Positions 26,120 to 35,376 of a stretch of DNA of 35,376 bases are shown here, one piece after another. Under the pieces are notes generated by a model, which did no database searches, was not told where the DNA came from, and saw only the letters and a program-made list of their open reading frames with translations. Numbering within the stretch: position 1 is the first letter of the stretch; every line of letters begins with the position of its first letter. The translations under genes and the position numbers were made by a program. This DNA comes from Callorhinchus milii (Eukaryota). Location of the stretch: contig NW_024705544.1 of the NCBI RefSeq assembly GCF_018977255.1, forward strand, positions 1 through 35,376. Reading direction: 5' to 3'.

Positions 26120-26669
26120 CTCCCCCTCTCCCCCCTCCCCCTGACCGTCCCCCCTCCCCCTGACCGTCCCCCCTCCCCCTGACCGTCCCCCCCTCCCCCT
26201 GACCGTCCCCCCCTACCCCTGACCGTCCCCCCTCCCCCTGACCGTCCCCCCTCCCCCTGACCGTCCCCCCTCCCCCTGACCGTCCCCCTCTCCCCCTGAC
26301 CGTCCCCCCTCCCCCTGACCGTCCCCCCCTCCCCCTGACCGTCCCCCCATCCCCCTGACCGTCCCCCCTCCCCCTGACCGTCCCCCATCCCCCTGACCGT
26401 CCCTCCCTCCCCCTGACCGTCCCCCCTCCCTCCCCTCCCCTGACCGTCTCCCCCTCCCCCCTGACCGTCTCCCCTCCCCCTGACCGTCCCCCCTCCACCT
26501 GACCGTCCCCCTCCCCCTGACCGTCCCCCCTCCCCCTGACCGTCCCCCCTCCCCCTGACCGTCCCCCCTCCCCCTGACCGTCCCCCCTCCCCCTGACCGT
26601 CCCCCCGTCCCCCTGACAGTCCCCCCTCCTCCCTCCCTCCCCTCCCCCTGACTGTCCCCCCCCCCCCCC
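26120..26669. repeat. CCCCCTCCCCCTGACCGT minisatellite (copy 2, about twice as long as copy 1)
   Basis: Seen directly. Confidence 0.93.
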
Positions 26670-26764
26670 GCGCGATGCCATGCGGGTACCTTGTGTATCT
26701 GGCGGTTGCCATCCTGTCCGGTCCTGTGCTGCCCCGGGAGCCGAGTCGAGCCGTCGGGGCTGTG

Positions 26765-27317
26765 CTCAGGGCTGGGGCTGTGCTGGCAGGGCTCAGGGCT
26801 GGCAGGGCTCAGGGCTGGCAGGGCTCAGGGCTGGCAGGGCAGGGCTGGCAGGGCTCAGGGCTGGCAGGGCAGGCAGGGCTCAGGGCAGGCAGGGCTCAGG
26901 GCTGGCAGGGCAGGGCGGGCTGGCAGGGCAGGGCTGGCAGGGCTCAGGGCTGGCAGGGCAGGGCAGGGCAGGGCTCAGGGCTGGCAGGGCAGGCAGGGCT
27001 CAGGGCAGGCAGGGCTCAGGGCTGGCAGGGCTCAGGGCTGGCAGGGCAGGCAGGGCTCAGGGCTGGCAGGGCAGGGCTCAGGGGCAGGGCTCAGGGCTGG
27101 CAGGGCAGGGCTGGCAGGTCAGGGCTGGCAGGGTAGGGCTCAGGGCTGGCAGGGCAGGGCTCAGGGCTGGCAGGGCCGGGCAGGGCTGGCAGGGCAGGGC
27201 AGGGCAGGGCTGGCAGGGCCGGGCAGGGCTGGCAGGGCAGGGCAGGGCAGGGCTGGCAGGGCTCAGGGCAGGGCAGGGCTGGCAGGGCAGGGCAGGGCAG
27301 GGCTCAGGGCTCAGGGC
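26765..27317. repeat. GGGCA/GGGCT G-rich repeat (copy 2, shorter than copy 1)
   Basis: Seen directly. Confidence 0.93.
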
Positions 27318-27988
27318 GTGAGGACCGACAGCGACCTGCAAACCACAGTCAGTTAGTCAGAGTAACAGCATCGTACACCCCCTCACCCCCCCCCCCCCCT
27401 CCCCCCTCTCCCCCCTCACCCCCCCCTCCCCTCCCCCCCCCCCCCCTCCCCTCCCCCCTCCTCCCCCTCACCCCCCCCTCCCCTCCCCCACCCCCCCCTC
27501 CCCTCCCCTCACCCCCCCCTCCCCTCTCCCCCCCTCACCCCCCCTCCCCCCACCCCTCCCCTCACAGTTCAATCACTAAGAGTACATTTAGTGAACTCAC
27601 TCAGGACCAGTCAGTTCAGTCTGGTACAGAGTTCGGGTCGTAGCTGCCGACCCCGGTGTAGGATTCAACAATGGCATTTATACACTATGGGGAGGATCCT
27701 TCTCCTCCAATCGTTAGATTTGGTCATAGGTGACAATGTGGTGGAGACATAGGATGTGTATTGGGCACTGTCCATTGTCTCATACTCCGAGGCTGCGGTT
27801 AGTCTGCGCATATATCTGTTGATTCGGGCCGACTTCCTTCATGGAATCAGTGGTAACCTCACCCCCCCCTCCCCTCACCCGCCCCAAAAAATCTTAATTT
27901 TCAGTTTCCAAGTTGCTCTACAGATGAAGCAAAAAGAGATGTGCAAATAAATATAAGTTAAAAAGCGAAGAAACCACCGAACACCCCT

Positions 27989-27989
<1 letters not shown>

Positions 27990-28023
<34 letters not shown>
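27990..28023. repeat. (CA)n microsatellite
   Basis: Seen directly; similar short tracts at 30601-30629, 31397-31428 and 31561-31589. Confidence 0.9.
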
Positions 28024-28024
<1 letters not shown>

Positions 28025-28297
28025 CTATCCAACCGGAGGCTTTAATTGAATAATTTATTTCGGTTTAAAAAAAATCCAGCTGTTTTCCTTCGAACTTTTT
28101 AAAACTGTGGCCAAAAGGAGGCACCGTGTCCCGGTGATTTTTTTTGGCCCCCAATTTGCTCGACTGGTTTAAAATAATGAACATAACCCGGTACTGTTAC
28201 TGAGATAATACGATGGGATCTGAGACACATCCTAATCCGCCTTTAATATCTGTGCTGAAGGTGGAGGTGTGATCCAGAGCAGATCAGGAGTCGCTTA

Positions 28298-28370
28298 GGA
28301 ACATAAGAACATAAGATTTGCTGGAAAAAGAAGACCCCGATCCACCTGGTTCGCCTCCACCATCCTACCA
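28298..28370 (-). mobile_element. CR1-type LINE 3' terminus fragment
   Basis: The minus strand ends in TCTTATGTTCTTATGTTCC, an octamer-repeat tail typical of CR1 3' ends. Confidence 0.65.
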
Positions 28371-28684
28371 GTCACTTGACATGTCGTGTCCCAAACTCTA
28401 TAAGTTAAATGACATTTTTTTAAAAAAAACCAATCGCTTGGACAAGAGATAATGGGAATTGGCGTTTTACTCTAAACGGTACAACTCGCGCAAATTAATC
28501 GTTATCAACTTTTTTGGGGGTAACTTTGCATTTGTTTAGATAAAAGATCTCTTTCTCGCTCTCTCTCTCGCCCAGAAATGCGCAGTGACATGACTGTATG
28601 TATGTGTTTTTTATGCGTCCAATTTGTACCTATTGATCATTCAGATTGCAATGTTACCAAACCATTGTACAGTATAGCCCGTAA

Positions 28685-30241
<1,557 letters not shown>

Positions 30242-30600
30242 AGGGTTTGTTTTAAAAAGATGCCAATAAATCCAAGTTGGCAAATGCAGAGAGAGAGAGA
30301 GAGAGAAAACAAACCGCGCGCTTTCGTGTCCCCCAAATGGGAGTGAGCCGAGAGCCGCGCAATCTTATTGCTTTTTATTTGAAAAAGAAACTTATTATTT
30401 GACTGTGTGGGAGTGTTGGTGACATTGGGGAGCAGCTGAGGGGATGGGGGGGTGTAGATCTATCCAAACACACGCAGGTTCCCAGGGACCGACCGCTCCT
30501 GTAGTGGATCACATGAAATTAACAAAAAAAACGCTCCCAATTTGGATCCCAAAGCGCTAACGTTTCCATCAAAATCTTCAGTGAGAAAACACGGCATCCG

Positions 30601-30632
<32 letters not shown>

Positions 30633-31303
30633 AAATAATATTAATAGTGACTCGGATCCTACAGAGATCACAGAGATTGATACAAAACGTGTCGGGGTGA
30701 AAGTTCCGTTCCCCGGGACATCACTGCGACTCCTGTTTTTATATATACTGTATATTATTTCGCACAAGTTTATTGATAACAACGATTTTTTTGGGGGGGA
30801 AGGAGGGGAATTAAATGTCACCGCGATCCTGTGTATAAACCTTGACAAAGCTGTGTATGTGTGGGGGGATGTTTCATGAATTAGGATACAGGGATATAGG
30901 AATGTCTCTGTAAAAAGGAAAGTGTCCCAATCCTCTTAAGTCATTTAAACTTTTAAATAGTTTGTTTGTTTAAAGGGACATTTCCCTACGTGTTGCCCAG
31001 CTCCACTGTTCCACATTATTCTAAAGAATTATCAATTGTAATTATCAATATATAATTATCAATTACAGGTGAATCGATCACCAACTTTTTTTTAATGCCA
31101 CAGAATTTCAGAAACGATTCTGCTTAAAATGTCCTGATTTCGGTTTCTCTGATTGAATTGCTTCCTTAACCGAAAGTGCAAGGTTTACTGGTTACCTCCT
31201 CTGTTTTCTCTCACCCTCCCCAGGAGAGAGAGAGAGAGAGAGAAAAAAAATAGCAATACAGGAAACTAATAAAAAAAATCCCTTTGCAAATAACGCTGAG
31301 AAT

Positions 31304-31351
31304 TTCGCCCACAAAATATAGTCAACTCACTTTATAGTATGTTCTGTGAAG
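31304..31351 (+). mobile_element. Short internal fragment of the same SINE family
   Basis: TTCGCCCACAAAATATAGTCAACTCACTTTATAGTATGTTCTGTGAAG aligns to the SINE 3' body. Confidence 0.8.
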
Positions 31352-31396
31352 TGTGGAAAGGAGGGGAAATTAGGTGATTATTTGCCTCTTACCCCC

Positions 31397-31430
<34 letters not shown>

Positions 31431-31558
31431 CACGACCAGACCAGATCCCTTTTTTACTTTAAAAAAATCCGATTCCGAATCAAGCGATAGGCAAACCCAG
31501 ATCTTCCAAAGTTATACTGAGACTTCAACAACAAAATAACATGGAGAAGGAAGAGGGA

Positions 31559-31589
<31 letters not shown>

Positions 31590-32280
31590 CATTTGTGTCA
31601 GTGTGTGGAGGGGGCGGTTAAAAGAGAGACAGAGAGAGACAGAGAGTGAGAGAGATGCGTTTTATTTCACTGTTAATTAGAATTAATTCACCATCAAACA
31701 GAGAATTGCACATCATTTTGCTCTATTCTGGCGATTGCCACTCAATTGTTGAACCCCCCCCCCACCCCCACCACACACACATCCTCACCAACACAAAAGT
31801 GGAGTCGACTTAAACAAATGAGAGGGTCGCTTTGAACTTGAAATAACCTGCAAAACAAGAACTCGTGCCACGGATTGTTTGGTCTGTTTTCTATTTATTC
31901 CTTTTCTCGCAGTCTGTCTGCAAAAAATACTTTAACGTAGTGCTTAGTAGAACCAGTCTGATCAAAGCAGAACAGATTTCTATTTGTCTTTTATTATTAT
32001 TGCTATAATATTGTTGTATCTCTGTCTTCTGTAAAAAAAAGAGTAACACACATTTCCAAGTCTCAGGGTAAATAGATTTACAGTCGTGGGGGTAACAGAT
32101 CTGCAGGTAACAGGCAAAGGGAAATAATTATTCATTACTTGAATTACAATTTGTGTGTAAATATTTACTGTATATATATTTAAAAAGGGAAATCAGACGT
32201 GGGACTAAACATGATCTGGAAGAATCCTGAATCACTAAACTACACCATACTTTTGTTTAAAGAAATAAATAAATATAATG

Positions 32281-32520
32281 AACAACAACAACAACAACAA
32301 CAAGATTCCATTTATAGAGCGCCTTTCACGTCAGGAGGACGTCCCAAGGCGCTGCACAGTTGGGTCATGACCCGAGCAGGGGGGAAATGGTCAGGGTGAG
32401 GGGAGGGAAGGGAGGGAGAGAGGAGGGGGGAAATGGTCAGGGTGAGGGGAGGGAAGGGAGGGAGAGAGGAGGGGGGAAATGGTCAGGGTGAGGGGAGGGA
32501 AGGGAGGGAGCGAGGAGGAG
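32281..32520 (-). mobile_element. L2-type LINE 3' end with (GTT)n tail and a 46-bp unit repeated about three times in the 3' UTR
   Basis: Minus strand GCGCCTTGGGACGTCCTCCTGACGTGAAAGGCGCTCTATAAATGGAATC(TTG)n; the 46-bp period is marked by AAATGGTCAGGG at 32385, 32431 and 32477. Confidence 0.75.
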
Positions 32521-32994
32521 GAAGAGAGTCGAGAGGGGAGCGTGAAGTAGTGCCAGAAAACACGGCCACAATCTGTTGGGATGGATTTTTTTTTCTCTCC
32601 TCTCTCATTTTTATCATTGCATATTTATGATGTCCTATGGTTGGATTTGTAATTGATGTCACTTATGGAAAAGAGCGGCATTGCCGCAATTATATGGTGA
32701 AACATAACGAAAGAGCACTTTGGTAGCTGAAAATAAATACTTTAAAAAAGAAATGAACAATCAATAAAAAAATGAGTCTATGCTAAACCTTCCAGTTGGC
32801 TTCTTGTGTTTGTTGTATGCCCTTTATAGGTTATTGTACAGGGGGTAACATAGACTTGTGGAGAGAGGATCTGTCACCTCATTATTAACAGCAAGTCACA
32901 CCCAACACACCTTTTGCGGTCCCCATTGCCAATCTATATGTATATATGTGTGTGTATGTGTGTGTAAACGTATATATGGTGTGTATACAGTATC

Positions 32995-33123
32995 TGCTGT
33001 GTGCAATTGGCTGCCGCATTTCGCTTACAAAACAGTCAATTCACTTTACAGTTTATTCTGTGAAATGCTTTGAGACGTCTCAAAGACGTGATAAGGTGCT
33101 ATATCAAATGCAAGGATTATTAT
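32995..33123 (+). mobile_element. Diverged 3' half of the SINE family
   Basis: TGCTGTGTGCAATTGGCTGCCGC...GCTATATCAAATGCAAGGATTATTAT. Confidence 0.88.
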
Positions 33124-33330
33124 CTTGTGTGTTTGTATATATAATATATAACTTGTGTATGTATATATATCTTGTCCGTATATATACACTGTATATATAT
33201 ATATATATATGTACATTTCCCTTCAGTCTAATCTGCTGCTGTCTCACACAGCGTCATTCACTGTGTCCTCTTTCGTTCTCCAACTCTTTCATTCGCAGAT
33301 AAAACAACTATTTCCTTTGGGGGAATAGAT

Positions 33331-33652
33331 ATTGCTCCCCCCTACCTCTGCAACCTTTTAACCCACAGTGGGCTCCAGCCTGCTTCACGTCCCCCGCATC
33401 TCCCGCCCCACCATTGGTGGTCGGGCCTTCAACCACTCTGCCCCCACCCTCTGGAACTCCATCCCGCAGTCCCTCTGCCTCGCCCCCTCGCTTGCCTCCT
33501 TGAAGACCCATCTCAAGATCCTCCTCTTTGACCATGCCTTTGATCACCCTTCTTTCCTGCCCTCCACCCTCCCCAATCCTGACCCCCGTCTCGGGTTCGA
33601 AACATTGATTGGTCCTGCGGCTTGGGATGTTCTTCTGACGTGAAAAGGTCTA
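33331..33652 (+). mobile_element. L2-clade LINE fragment: ORF2 C-terminus and 3' UTR
   Basis: IAPPYLCNLL followed by GGRAFNHSAPTLWNSIPQSLCLAPSLASLKTHLKILLFDHAF, typical L2 ORF2 C-terminal motifs, then tail GCTTGGGATGTTCTTCTGACGTGAAAAGG. Confidence 0.88.
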
Positions 33653-33664
33653 GACACATGTCAT

Positions 33665-34095
33665 TTTGGTGTATATATATATTAGTATATTGCGTGTATG
33701 TATATATGGTGTATATATTGTGTGTTTGTGTATATATAGTGTGTATAGGTATATATATATTGTGTGTTTGTGTATATATATAGTGTGTACAGGTATATAT
33801 ATATTGTGTGTTTGTGTATATGTACATATATTGTATATATACGTATATATGTTGTGTCTATATATAGTGTGCTTGTATATACATATTGTGTATGTGTATA
33901 TATATTGCGTGTATGTATATACATTGTGTGTGTATATATACTATTTGCTTGTATATATACATATTGTGTGATTGTATATATACATATTGTGTGATTGTAT
34001 ATATGCATTTTGTGTGATGTATATACATTGTGTATATATGTGTGTATATATATTGTGTGTATATATAGTGTGTTTGTATATATAGTATATATCTT
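33665..34095. repeat. TA/TG-rich compound microsatellite
   Basis: Seen directly. Confidence 0.9.
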
Positions 34096-34840
34096 ATGTG
34101 ATAATACAAAAGATAAAATAACATATTTTTAAAAATAGCCAAAACTCTTTAAATCTATGAATAAATCCCTCAGCCCAGACTCACCCACTTTGCTGACTAG
34201 TTCTCACAAATGTTTATGTAGAATTTGAATTTTTTCTTCATTCTCACCATTGCTATATAAACCAATAATAGTTAAATATTTCCACATTATTTGCATGATT
34301 TGTACATTTTATTTGAGCAAACATGCAGCGGAATTTAAAAATAATAGGAAAAAAAGTTGTTAGATTCTTCAGAATAATTGTCCTCACNTTTTTTACGTTT
34401 TATTGTAAGCATATTTTGCATTGTATTCCCTTCCCCCCCAGTTTATTTATTCATCATCTAATTCCTTGTTTTCCCACGTTTCTCAAAATTGTGTCATATT
34501 TACTTTGCTTGTCGCTTTTACTTTAANTTTTTTAATTNAAAAAAATCCTACCCTGTGTNAAAAACATTTTAATTTCACCTCCTTTCTAGTGACAAGGATC
34601 TATCTGGCTGTAAAAACACCCAAAATACCTGCCCATTTGGGAGTGAGGGGGGTGGGTGCGTGGGAGGGAGAGAATCCTTAACTATTATAAGAGATTTCAT
34701 TTATGAAGCTAATTATTTATGATTAATATTTCTTTGAATCCTGTCACCATGATCTTGCTACTAATCATATTAAACACTCTGCTGAAAACATTGCACTTCC
34801 CTTAATTTAGCAAGGGTTATTATAAGAGTATTAATATGAG

Positions 34841-34953
34841 TGCAATTTGCCCACAAAACAGTCAATTCACTTTACAGTATATTCTGTGAAGAGCTTTGCG
34901 AACCCTCGAAGATGTGATAAGGCGCTATATCAAATGCAAGGATTATTATTGTT
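34841..34953 (+). mobile_element. Diverged 3' part of the SINE family
   Basis: TTGCCCACAAAACAGTCAATTCACTTTACAG...GGCGCTATATCAAATGCAAGGATTATTATT. Confidence 0.88.
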
Positions 34954-35376
34954 GATTTTAATACCTAACTGATGCAAAAGTATTTAGAATTAAAAAAATG
35001 CTTAGAAACCTAATCAGTCTCATTACTTTCTGTGCTGTTTAATCAATAGGAACAAGCAGATAAAGTGAGTGGGCTGTTTCTAATTGCCATTTGCAAGTTA
35101 TTTTTCTCCTAATTCACTTTAGGTTTTATCCTGTCCCACGCACCAAACACCAGGTGGAGGATAGACAGGTGACTTGCTCAAAATCCTCTGCACCATGCTG
35201 CTCTTTTGACAGGGTTAGCATGGGCAAGTGACAAGCTCAAGCATCAGATTTGCCTTTCTTTCTCTGACAAAGTACCTTGTGTGGTGGTGATTGGGTTCCA
35301 GGAGTGGGATGAGTCACTCTGAAAAGTGGGCTGGAGAGAGCAAACATGGCCATCTCCACTTATATCCTTATATTAT

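Larger units (their letters stand above)
24758..27566 (-). pseudogene. Second partial copy of the unidentified gene (exon 2 at 26690-27335 with flanking introns; no exon 1, promoter or exon 3)
   Basis: Unique blocks 26040-26120, 26670-26780 and 27317-27378 match 7058-7150, 7398-7510 and 8200-8261. ATG at 26712, donor at 26689, acceptor at 27336. Confidence 0.8.

Noticed and set aside
34388..34559. Four isolated N bases
   Set aside because: Assembly ambiguity, not a feature.

Overview
Repeat-dominated vertebrate genomic DNA; the tRNA-Ala/DeuSINE-type SINE with an L2 tail suggests a cartilaginous fish, possibly a holocephalan (inference). More than half of the window is two arrays of an AT-rich 39-bp minisatellite (1-4985 and about 9100-23445), and the long ORFs in the track are artefacts of these and other tandem repeats. 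Between and after the arrays is a mosaic of broken pieces: (i) a ~106-bp 28S rRNA fragment; (ii) the 5' part of an unidentified minus-strand gene (E2F site plus five CCAAT boxes, three predicted exons, presequence-like N-terminus MATARYTSLRVLSSPLHPVWCSKRSVTS...), cut off by the rDNA fragment; (iii) a second, diverged partial copy of that gene 19.3 kb downstream with a different upstream segment; (iv) a frameshifted, nonsense-mutated and truncated NKX1-family homeobox fragment. Both satellite arrays end on the right in a short fold-back inversion. The last 5 kb is ordinary non-coding DNA with SINE, L2 and microsatellite remnants. I can support no intact protein-coding gene, and nothing here demonstrates a new biological system; the junction architecture and the possible promoter swap are the best leads.
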